Of a stretch of DNA of 64,000 bases, positions 51,188-61,889 are shown in pieces. Location of the stretch: NCBI GenBank assembly GCA_030390025.1, contig CM059437.1, positions 4,216,001 to 4,280,000 on the forward strand, written 5' to 3'. This stretch comes from Squalus acanthias. Taxonomy: Eukaryota. The position numbers and the translations under genes were made by a program. Numbering within the stretch: position 1 is the stretch's first letter; the number at the start of each line of letters is the position of its first letter. A model generated the notes under the pieces. The model worked only from the letters and a program-made list of their open reading frames with translations. It made no database searches and was not told the origin of the DNA.

Positions 51188-51310
51188 TGGGGGTGAATCC
51201 AGAAGTACCCGGCCAGAAGGCTGTGAGATAGAAAAGCTAAAAGTGCTACAGCCATTTGTGAAAACAACAGGGACAAAGAAATCTCTGAAAGCCAAGACTT
51301 GCTTTTGGAC
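51188..51310 (-). pseudogene. HoxB12-like pseudogene, exon 1 remnant
   Basis: 51283-51188 reads DFFVPVVFTNGCSTFSFSISQPSGRVLLDSPP. It aligns without gaps to the Hox12 N-terminus (HoxC12 [32 protein letters not shown]; HoxD12 [32 protein letters not shown]; recalled). Many mismatches are single-base codon changes. No start codon is retained at the expected position. Confidence 0.65.
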
Positions 51311-51909
51311 TTTTAAGGTACAGCTCGCGCGCGAGAGCTGAAAATGCCCGCGGGAAATTACATTCGTAATTGCAAACTTACACATTCTCTCTATCAAAAC
51401 TGCCAAACGGTGACTAGCCCATTCCATTAGATTGCATTTTAGCAAGGTCCCTTAGATTAAAAACATCCGAAGTCCTTGTCGCGCTTGTTTTTGCACCAGA
51501 ATGTTGCTTTGGCCCACAGAATCCAATCAAAACATTTTTTTTTTTAAAAAGGTCAGACCCTCAGCTTGCCTGAAGCTTCTTATCGATTACAGAGCAGGCG
51601 GTCAATTGCAACAGGCTACAATGCGCCCGTTACTGACCTGTTTGTACCCAAAGGAATGGGCAGAAACTGCAAAGTCTCCTAAAGCCTCTCCCTGTCCTTT
51701 ATTCATTCAGATACAGCAAAGCAAGTTATGACCTTATGAGTTGAAAGTTTTGTTTTATCCTCCCCCTCATTAATTTCAGAACTTATCTTAAAACGTGCAT
51801 CTTATCATCCCATCGCCTTGGCAGCGAGCACTTACTGTATTAACCGGGGAACTTTATGTTCTTTTCTGAGACCAGACCGTTGTCGGGGCCGCGGCGCTCC
51901 GTCTGATTT

Positions 51910-51948
51910 TGACCTTGCCTTTCAAGTTCAACTGCAAGGTCAGGGCTA
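51910..51948. promoter_or_regulatory. Dense nuclear-receptor half-site cluster upstream of the HoxB12-like remnant
   Basis: TGACCTTGCCTT, TCAAGTTCA and AGGTCAGGGCTA within 40 bp, in TE-free, CpG-retaining sequence. Confidence 0.45.
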
Positions 51949-54616
51949 GACACAAAGGAACGGCTAGCCTGAACTGCAAGCAGTCCTTAACTTAATTACA
52001 TTCAATGCAATCGAACTTGGTTCCCCCCCCCCCATCCCCCCCAAAAGAAAAATTACAAATAAGAAGCAGCACTTCGCCGTTTTGCCTTTTCCCTCTTCGA
52101 ATTATTTCTTTATTTCTGACTAATGGGAAATTTTACGTTTGGTTACGCGCAGAAAACCGAGAGACAGAAAAAAAAAACCTCAATTCGCCGCTGGCGCACT
52201 TGAACTTGAATCGCGCCTGATGTTTCCGAACGCTCACCAGGAAAATCATTATTTTTGCGCCGAGGATTAGAACTAATCCTTTTGAGTATGTGTTAATCGC
52301 CTGGATGCAGTTTTGACTTCCTTAATGTTTTAATAAAATGTGCACAGTCTAAACGGCGAACTCAGAAAGCTATTATTTGGTTGGCTGTTTGGCGTCATGT
52401 GACGGTTACAAAGATTTGAAATTGCTTTGGTGATTTTAAGTTCATTATTTTCATGCTTCAGTTAGATTCCTTCACACACCTACATTTTTTAAATAAATGA
52501 ACTTTTTTATAATCCCACTGAATTCGGGGCGACCTATTAAAATTGCAAAAAGTCACATGGAAGTGAGCTATGGTTAACTGGCCGGGTACATTATAAATAA
52601 CATATTTGTGTTTATTGTGCGATTTTTTTTACTAAAGGACAGCTGCTACATTTATTAAATATGAATTGTGTGATTGTTTTGACGGGCCCTCAATCCCAAT
52701 CCCTCTCTAATACTTGTCTGTTGCTTCCGATTTGTTTTCCGGGCGTAAATCAAAGATAAGGCGTTGTAGAATATTAACGTCCCATTGTGCAGCTTTATGT
52801 TAAATTCCTAATTCTTAGCTTCAATGGGATAACTTTATTGATTTTCATTCTATCCCTGTCTCTATCTACCTATCTATACATCCACACATATTGTCAAACA
52901 TTCTGCAAAGTACGCTGTCCACTTTCACAGAGCAGGACGATACACAGGAATCTCACACAAATGGACAGCATTGCTAAAGGGATCTAGTCAAAAGAACTAT
53001 AAAAACAACACACAGGCGCACCATAGTGTGTGTATTTACCTGAGATTTATGTATATAAGAGCCTAAATCAGAATTCAATAAGTAGTTACATATATTGCTT
53101 GGAATCTGTTTTTATCATAAACATCTGTGGATTACAATACCTGTGTGAGGCATGTGTGCACAAATAACAGGTATATACAGTAGAATATATTTATACTGTG
53201 TGTGTATATATATATGTATATCCTACTATATATATAATAGCAATATATATTGCATGTGTAAGTGTTTGAAAGATTGATCCATAGATTAAAAAGACAGTTT
53301 CTGAAACAGAATTAAATAAGAAGTATTAGTATGTATGAGATTACTTTTAGCATTTAATGGGACAATTTGAAACCTTTTAGGGCGGAAAAGCTACTTTCGC
53401 ATATTTAAAAATAGTATTGTACTCCCTCTGACTGATTTGTGCATCTAGTAGATTGTAATATATAAAACTTACAGTGTATGAATAAAGGTTATCGATATCT
53501 ATTTATCTGGCAATACAGTATATTCAGTTCTACTGACCGCTATGAATGAACTAAAATGCTAAACGGTAGCAAACTTACCATTTCAAGTTCTATACCAACC
53601 AATAGTTCCAGATTAGTATTTGTATTTATATAAAGACTGATCTAAATTGGCCAAGTTAAATATAATTAGGATTCTACTCGGTTCTTAATATTGCTGTGCG
53701 TGCACATGCACAAATACACTTAATAAACTCTAATGTGAACACATTCTTGGAAATGTCCTGATAAAAACAAATTGTTTTCAAGTACAGATTGTGTTCTGTG
53801 CAAGCTCGGTAATCTTGTTATCACAATAATTGTATAATCACGCCTAGTTTATACACAGCCAGTAATGGGGCAGTCACTTCTGCTCGTGACACAGTTAATG
53901 CTGTAATATAATAGTCAACCTTGGCATATATACATTCTGTAATGGTACAGTCACTCCGGTTACAGTGAGACAGCCATTGCTGTTTATAGACATAGTCAGT
54001 ACGGATCAATCAATTCTGTTGTATGTCGGCTTGCTTTTGTGCAGTTTCTTTAGACTGCCCTGACCTATTGGTTAAACATACCCCATTGTATTTATGATGA
54101 TTATTAACTCAATTGGAAACGTCTCTGCTGTTAGATAAGCTCCAAAAATACCTTTTGCCTTCAACGTTTTGCATTCATTTCATCTTGCTGCATTGTGCTA
54201 AACTTCCATTGAATTTACTGCAGCAGCCATGAGCCCGTGTGTGAGCAGGGTTTCAATGCTGGTAAAAGTATAATTCAAATTCAAGCGCAAAATAATCAGG
54301 ACTTTACGTCTCAGTGTTTCGATTGGCACGAATTAAATGCAATGACCACAAATACTCCCTGCAGTTTCCGGCCTCTCAATTGATTATTCATTTATCTACC
54401 AAGATGCTTTAGCTTAAAGGTTTCGCAGTAGCTCTAAATTGCTTCCGATACGCAAAGTGATTTTTCTGATTTTTTAAAATTTCTGATGTGCTAAAATTTG
54501 AACTATCTGCAATAATTTTGCAACGTAAGCATTTGATATAATAGTGTTGCCGGCTCCACGTGCAGCAGGCGATGCGAATAATCGTACCGATTTGTCTAAT
54601 GTAACGCACAATGATA

Positions 54617-54681
54617 TATGTGTGTGTGTGTGTGTCTGTCTGTGTGTGTCTGTCCGTACATGTGTGTGTGTGTGTGTGTGT
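54617..54681. repeat. (TG)n microsatellite, interrupted
   Basis: Visible dinucleotide run. Confidence 0.85.
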
Positions 54682-54946
54682 ATACAGGGCGCGTGTTTGT
54701 GTGTGGGGAGGGGAAATTACCGTAGCAATGGTTCTTCAGTCAATTGGCTGGGCAATATTTTCAAATATCAAAAGAGAACATAAGGCGGAAAGCGCTGCAG
54801 CCAAACAATTATTTGTTTAATGAATCGGGATTAAATTTTTCCTTCATTTTGGACTATTTCTGTGCGAGCTCGGTACAAACTCAGCCTACATGTTTAAACA
54901 AAGGCTGGCCGTCCAAGCGGCAGTGCTTGTGTTATGGAACCATTAG

Positions 54947-54960
54947 CCAGAAGATGGCGC
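54947..54960 (+). promoter_or_regulatory. CTCF/YY1-like site 3' of HoxB13
   Basis: CCAGAAGATGGCGC is a CTCF core with one mismatch and contains the YY1 motif AAGATGGCG. Confidence 0.5.
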
Positions 54961-55033
54961 ACTTGCTCTACTCATGCTGGCCCTGCCCAGATCAGAGCAC
55001 CAAAAAAGCGTTCGATTATTCATGAGCTGCTAG

Positions 55034-55082
55034 AAGTCAAGATCACTGACGAAGTCGCACGTGACTGCCAAGGTCAAGGTCA
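55034..55082 (+). promoter_or_regulatory. Perfect DR0 (NR6A1/GCNF-type), second DR0-like site and E-box
   Basis: AAGTCAAGATCA (55034-55045), CACGTGAC (55058-55065), AGGTCAAGGTCA (55071-55082). Confidence 0.55.
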
Positions 55083-55402
55083 AAGGCTTATCAATGCGAT
55101 TGGATTTGAGTATGCAAAGGTGGGAGCTGCTTGTTACTTGCTCACAAAGTCACCCACTCACCCCCACCCGATTCATACACCCCAAGGAACACACCCCAAC
55201 ATAAACAAATCCACACCCTATTGCCAGCAGGGTTGCACAAACATATATCCTTACACCAACAGGCACATATGCACCCCTATATCAATAAAAGTACATACGT
55301 GATCCTCTAACCTGCGTTTTGCATTTACCTTATGCCATTAAACCCATAGTCCGCGGTGAAGTAGTTAAGTGCCAGTTATTTTGTAGAAGGCGACAGAAAA
55401 AC

Positions 55403-55408
55403 TTTATT
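55403..55408 (-). other. Candidate HoxB13 polyadenylation signal
   Basis: AATAAA on the minus strand about 1.4 kb after the stop codon, followed by a GT/T-rich stretch. Another AATAAA at ~55598-55603 is an alternative. Confidence 0.35.
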
Positions 55409-56796
55409 TAACCAAAAATATTTTTTGATTGAATGTCAATTTCAGTACATAATTCACGTGTTCGTGTTTTAAATACTAATAGTCAATGATATGGAAATGC
55501 GAATGAAGTGAGCGGCCGCGTTCTCCTCTGTAAATTGATGTAATGCTAGATTATGTTAACATGGAGCCAAAAGGGGGGGAAAGTCTGTAGCAGAGTGTTT
55601 ATTGGTCTTAAATTGTTGCATTAACCAGACACTATTAAAGGTGTGAAATATAGAAGGGATCAGCTCAATTGTGTGATAGTGCCCGGCTTCAATGAGAAGT
55701 TTCCCAAACTTTGTCCATTCGTTCATTTCCTTCTTTTCACAAAAACAACAAATTAGCTCGGAATACGTGCAGCAATTATTTCACATAATTTTGTTTATCA
55801 TATTTAAATAAATGTATGAATTTACTATTAAAGTCGAAGCAAATCATTCACTGATTTTAAACACAATTAAAATAGTTGCAGCTAAATCCTTCCAGAGACT
55901 ACTTTGTATCGAGGTTAGGCTTTGCCCAGCTGCCAATTTTTCAAAGCTTATTTTCTGATGAAATCACAATATTAAATACAAAATTAAATCATTGTTTGTA
56001 AACACAAATGGCTAGGAGTACCTGTTTATCTTTTTTAAATCAACCTTGCATAGTTTAAAGCAATTATACTTTTTGAAAAGATAAACCAGCAAATATTTCG
56101 TACATGTTCACGTTTACTCAAGAACTGGTCGCCATCCCTTTCCAGTAAAATTTAAAACCAGATCAGTAACATCGCCGCTTCATGTGTTTCTCTCTCTATA
56201 TATATTCCAAATATTATCTTATGAGATATGTTATTTGCCGAAACTTCCATGGTTAATATCATTAAATGGATATGGAATGTATGAACATTCCTCGCAAAAA
56301 TATGGTTCAACAAAATTAGTGTAGTCATTAAAACTTTTAATCCTTTTTTTTATTATTAATATTTTCCCTCAACCGGTTTTGCTTAAAAACAGCGTTTAGG
56401 CGGTTTTACTGCTGCCGTGCCGATAATCAACGGTTTTAATGCATAACCCAAACAAAACATTAAAAAATAGCATCTACACCAATAGGACATACGTTGCATA
56501 CCTCCACAAACACAAAACTGATAATAAACAGTGATGTCGGTATGGTTACAGCATCGTTATAATTATATTTACATTCTGACCATGTATCTTAGTCCATTTT
56601 TAATGGTATTCCATAACAAATCCTCCATTACAGTACTACAAAAAGAGGAGAGGACATGTTAGCATTCTGCAGGCAAGACTCCATGAAAGAAGTGTGCACT
56701 TAAACCCCGGTCGGTCACAATCGTCTCTCGCTTGGTTGTGATAAATTTCCCCGATTGAACAGTTTCATTTATCTTTTTTTTTTAAAATAATAATAA

Positions 56797-57044
56797 TTAA
56801 GGTGTGTTGGTTTTTACTTTCGCAATGACTTTCTTTTCCTTGACTCTCCTGTTTTGAAACCAGATGGTGATCTGCCGTTCGCTCAGGTTCGTAGCCGCCG
56901 AGATCTTCCTTCTCTTGTCTTTCGTGATGAATTTATTTGTTGCATATTCCCTCTCCAGTTCTTTGAGTTGGACTTTGGTATAAGGGATCCTCTTCTTCCT
57001 TCCGCGCCGAAAGGAACTACCATCCTGTTGGTGCGCTGCAACAT
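56797..57044 (-). CDS. hoxb13: HoxB13 exon 2 (homeodomain)
   Basis: [81 protein letters not shown] and AKVK point to B13 rather than A13/C13/D13. Acceptor CAGCAG|AT follows a pyrimidine-rich tract. The joined CDS is 676+248=924 nt, in frame. Confidence 0.95.
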
Positions 57045-57478
57045 CTGCTGTGTGTAGCCAGACACACCCCGCCAAAAAAAACACAAGACAAGCACATCAG
57101 AAAAATGTAACATTGGAAAATAATGTTGAAAAACGAATTAAACAACACGCTCATAATCAATAATTTTCAGTATCCAAAAGGAATACATTTAAATTAACTG
57201 ATGTATCAGACACTACTGGTTAATGCTGTATAATATTCCAAGGATTATAACTAAATCACAACACTAAATTTCGAATGATATTCCAACTGAGCTCCTTGCA
57301 TCGGGAGCATAAAATAAAATTGTACAATTTTCAATCCTGTTCTAAATTTCGGCATATTGTCAGAAATAAATCATTATCTTTCAGTTCCATAAGGCCATAA
57401 TGTTTCCAATATAATTAAACATGCAATTATTTTTAGATGCTTATCCTTCTAGGAAGGAATGCAAAGGTCACTTGTTAC

Positions 57479-58154
57479 CTGCAAGTGTGGATTTCCAGAG
57501 GTGTCCCGGCTGTGCTTGTTCCTTAGAACAGTACATCTGGCTGTTCCAGCCATTGAGGGCCCAGGGCTGGTAGCCGTCCATAGGTAACAAGGCTTCGTGC
57601 CTCGGCTCTCCCGCGCCACTGATAGTTTGCACTACAGAAACATCTAGATAACTTGGCATTGGTTGGTAGGGACTCGCATAGCCGTGGTAAAAGGCGAATT
57701 CCTTCGGCCGCCCTGGGTATTCATCGGTGGGGACAGGACTGTCCATGTACTTGTCTCCTGGGTAACTAGATAGGGCGGCAGGCTGGGTGCAAGGCTTGAT
57801 GGAACTTCGCCCCATTCGACAGGAATAGTAGCCGCTGCCGAAATATCCGTATGGTAAAGGGGCGGCGGTGGAGGCCTGGGGCACCGGGCATGGGGTGCAT
57901 TGCTTGCCGGGCTCCACCACCCCAGAGCCGGAGACGTCGACTGTTGAGTAGCCAGAGCCGTGAACCAAAGGTGAAGGATGAGCCCCGAGCGCAGAGTGAG
58001 CCATCAAATTCCTGCACTGATTCGCAGAGAAATTCCCAGCACCAACAAATCCTTCCATTGCCCCGCTATTCTTATTAATCTCATCCGAGTTGTTTTCATA
58101 CAGGAACATTACAGTGTCGACCCAGCGCGGTTTGAGAAGCAGTGACACTGTCAT
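57479..58154 (-). CDS. hoxb13: HoxB13 exon 1 (676 nt coding, phase-1 intron follows)
   Basis: [24 protein letters not shown]...[14 protein letters not shown]...KEFAFY...YLDVSVV...EPRHE...[19 protein letters not shown]...LWKS contains the Hox13 N-terminal motifs. Donor GCAG|GTAACA, with GT at 57478-57477. Confidence 0.96.
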
Positions 58155-58269
58155 ATCACGTTCAGCATTGGGTCTATAGTTTCTTTTAAGAGACGCAGCA
58201 CTGAGAGCGATAGAGAATTTCTCCCAGCTTACTGCACTGACGCACTAACCCGGGTTAAAAAAACACGCA

Positions 58270-58300
58270 CGCCCATTGGCTGCCCACGGATCACGTGCTA
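58270..58300 (-). promoter_or_regulatory. HoxB13 proximal promoter: E-box plus CCAAT box
   Basis: Minus strand GCACGTGATCCGTGGGCAGCCAATGGG about 120-145 nt upstream of the ATG (CACGTG 58292-58297; CCAAT 58279-58275). Confidence 0.7.
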
Positions 58301-61300
58301 TGCAAACACAGATAATAAACCTTCTTGCAGAATTGGCAGGAAAGAAAAAAGATTCATTGCGAAATAGAAAATATGAAAGGCACGCGTTCAAAGGGTCTTT
58401 AATTTTTGCATGCTTAATAGAAAGCGAGGGAGTTGCATTGAACAAAAGTCAAACTACACATTAAACAAACTACACACTTGTATACTAGAGCAAAACAATA
58501 TAAAATTTGAACACATGCACTAAATAAAGGTATTTTCACCATCTGGATACTATCTGTTGCATAATTGATGATTTATCTGATTAAATTTACAGGGATGGAT
58601 TTTCCTGTTTCAACATTTCAGCATAAATCCATCCGGCGTTCACATTCCCTTTCAGTGTGCAAGAGCTCTTGAGATTATGATCGGCCTGCCCATCAGTATT
58701 TGGTGTGCGTTGATCGTTCAAGGCTTTTCTTTGGCAAGTCATTTGCGTTAGAACTAAATCCGCGAGCAGACTTGTGCGTGGAATTTTTTTTTGCTTCAAA
58801 TTAAGCAACTTTATAACCTGAAATTCCCCCAAGTGAAGTGTGGAGGGAAGTGAGTTGCTGGTGTCAGCATTTCTTGCTTTTACTAATCTCTTGGCTGACA
58901 TTATTTCACTGCCAAGTACTCGAGTTGTATTTTGCAACTGCTGTGAGAGTGTTTGGTTGGTTACAATCTGGTCAGGTCACCAAATCTTAACAACTATTTG
59001 AAAAATTATAGTTATTAAAAGTTAAAATCCCAATGACCAATTATCCTTTCTATACTTAGAACCTATACTTTCAGATGAAATGTGAGTGTGTGTGGAACCA
59101 TTTAAATTTCAGCAAACAATCTCCTCCCATTTAAATGTACAACGTGTTAATAAAACGCACACACACACACTCATAGGTAGATAAGCACCCGCTCAAAAAC
59201 ACAGCAGTGTCCCATTCTCACACATCCTTGGATATGTAATGTCCAAATAAAATAAATCATAATAATACAAAATTAATTCGATATAAAAGGCTCCCAAACG
59301 ACTTTACGTTAACCGTACGCTATCGGCCATATAAACCAAATCTAATAGTATAAATTGAAATGGCATTGCCACATTGCTCTCCTAGCATGGGGATTCACTT
59401 TTCATATGCGAACTGCCATTTATGATATATTACAGTCAGAGGGGAAAAAAGTGCATTCTACACCCTGGAACTTCATTGTCAGCACCGTGTGTTCTTTATA
59501 CCTCCGGTTACACCATGCAGTTTTCCATATAATTGTCCGCAAATCAGTCTCACTCATTAAAGTCTTAGTAATTGACAGAGATTTATATCCCGTTTTGATA
59601 TTGTACTGCAATAGAAAATCGCATTAAGTTTGCGGTAGCTCTTATTGTGAATTTTTAAAAATAGGATCTTACTAGTAATTATTCACCCAAATATAATAAA
59701 GATTAATTTCGATTTTAAGCTCCGGTTTAATGTTCAAATTGGGCGTTTTTATTTCATAATGGAATTAATCACAATTCCAACCGTATGCTCCTTCCTCACT
59801 TAACCTCGGGAGTCCAGACTTTCCCCGTCCGGCTGAATCTTTTTTCTTAGATTCATTTTTATTTGGCTCAGTATTGATTGGAAACTCGCATGTTTTGGAG
59901 TTATTGAAGTTTTAAAATATCTGAAATGCAGATTGCAAGTTCACCACGATTAAAGTCTAGACTTAGATGCCCCTGCCTGCCTGCATCAGGCTGCAGTATA
60001 GTTCAACGGCACGTGTGAGGCGGGTTGGGGGGGGGGGGGGACGTTTTCCTGCGTTAAAGGCGCTATATAAATTCAAGTTGTTGTTGTTGTTTGTCAATTA
60101 TGGCCAACGCTGTCAATTAAGAGTGGTTTGATACTGGCTGATTTTAAGGCCGCATGAACGTACAGGTTCATATTAATAAAACACCAGACTATCCGCTCGC
60201 CATTCACGCACACAAATATCCCCATGATTTAAAAAAAACCTCCAACGCCGTGTTATGTACAGAGTCGATTCAAACGCAGAGACAAGAGCGAAAAGTTTTT
60301 TTTTAAATTCCTGTCTGAATGGTCACTGTGGAAGTAACATGATTGAGAATGATGTGGCAATATTAGAAACTGCAGCAAAACTGTATTATTCATCTGTAAA
60401 TCATTACCGGCATTGAAAATATATCAGATCGAACATGCTCGTTTTTCTTTTTTTTTAAAAAGCAGGTTTAAAGCAATGTTTAAATTGTGACGTAATTTGC
60501 AAACTAACTTCTGAAAATAAAAATAGCGGCTTTATCAACGGCCGTTTGTTACATTTTAAGGTATTTACACTGTTAACAGAACGAATAAAAACTCCTAATA
60601 CAGGATGATGGTCAGAAAGTCAGTGTTAATTTATACTTGTGAGCGAAGCTGGCTTTGTTCAATAGAGTAATTCATTGTAAAATGTTATTTTTCTGTCAAT
60701 TAAATGCGAACAAACAGACGGGCCAATAAATGTTAGATCACCAAGAGATAAGATTTTAAATTTAAAATGTCTATTCACTGAAATAGAATCCAAAGGTCTG
60801 TGGGACGTCCTGAGACGTGATAAGGCGCCAGATATGCAAATTCTTCCTTTTTTTATCTAAAGCCGTCAGAAGACAAAAAACTTAAAAAAATATTATATTT
60901 CCAATTTGTTTGAACAACGTTTAACTACGACTATGAGGTTCTACTATTCATCCCGATCATTGTCGGTCTGCCAAATGAGCTTTCCATTAAGACAATTCAA
61001 ATAAAGTTAACTGTGTGCAGAGAAACTTATAGCACTATAAATTAGAAATGGGAAGAAAGTAGCACAATACTTCAAATATATTTACAAATAAATAATGCAT
61101 ACCGGAAACATAACACGAAGCCTACAGCAAGTTATATTTCATGCAGTATTTTTCAATTGCTACATCTGTCTGTTTTAAGATAACTTCTGTAGATGGTGAG
61201 TTATCTTCTACCCTTCTCTCTTTTTGTTTATTAAAAATCAAAGCAAGAGAAAACATTTTACTGCCGACTTGATTGTACAACCAATGTTTTAAAATATTAA

Positions 61301-61871
61301 ACAACACACAAGTGATGTGTTAAAGTTTTTATATGTGACCAATCGCAGAGGTCTTCGTCTATTTTCTAACATTGCACCAAACTTCACAATAGATTGGAAA
61401 GGGCGGGGTGATATGAAGTTTGGAAACTACACCAAAGCATTCCTGTTATTCACCGCAATTAAATCTTTGTCAGACTTCAAAATATAACAGCATAATATTA
61501 ATATTTGAAAATTCAAGGTCATTTTGAAAGTCCGATTTGACTGAGGCGGAATATCTTTTAAAAATAAAAATAAATGTTTGCCCACACGCTTTCTATCATT
61601 TTGAAATGCTATGTTTCTTTTGTACTACTTTTTTCTTGTTCAATTATCTATCAACATAAGACACTTATTTACATTGTAATGCCTCTGCCGATGTGTAAAG
61701 GGCAGCATTTCCATTTTTTTTTAAATCGCAGTCTTGAGTCTGTGTTGCGAGTAAAGGTTCAGTGTAAACAGAGATGGGTCGGGGCTGGAGGGAGGGAAAG
61801 TTAGACCGAAGACGAGACACAAGCAATTAAAGGAGACTGGGCTTTTTTACATACGGGTTAGACACGGCTGA

Positions 61872-61889
61872 AGGCCAAGGTCAAGGTGA
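61872..61889 (+). promoter_or_regulatory. Triple half-site DR0-like element upstream of HoxB13
   Basis: AGGCCA-AGGTCA-AGGTGA with no spacers. TCAAGGTCA also occurs at ~61513. Confidence 0.45.

Noticed and set aside
51855-51932. Minus-strand LNLKGKVKI...VWSQKR resembling homeodomain helix 3
   Set aside because: It lies upstream of the Hox12-like exon 1, so the order is wrong. It needs a 10-codon insertion, and the similarity is explained by AGGTCA/TGAACT receptor half-sites. A better homeobox remnant exists at 50497-50662.
1-56796. miR-196 and an intact HoxB10
   Set aside because: I did not see the miR-196 mature sequence or a Hox10 homeobox by eye. Both are expected beyond coordinate 1.
57045-57113. 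ORF-track extension of HoxB13 exon 2 ([12 protein letters not shown]) and the exon 1 tail (GNK*)
   Set aside because: These are intronic read-through beyond the splice sites.
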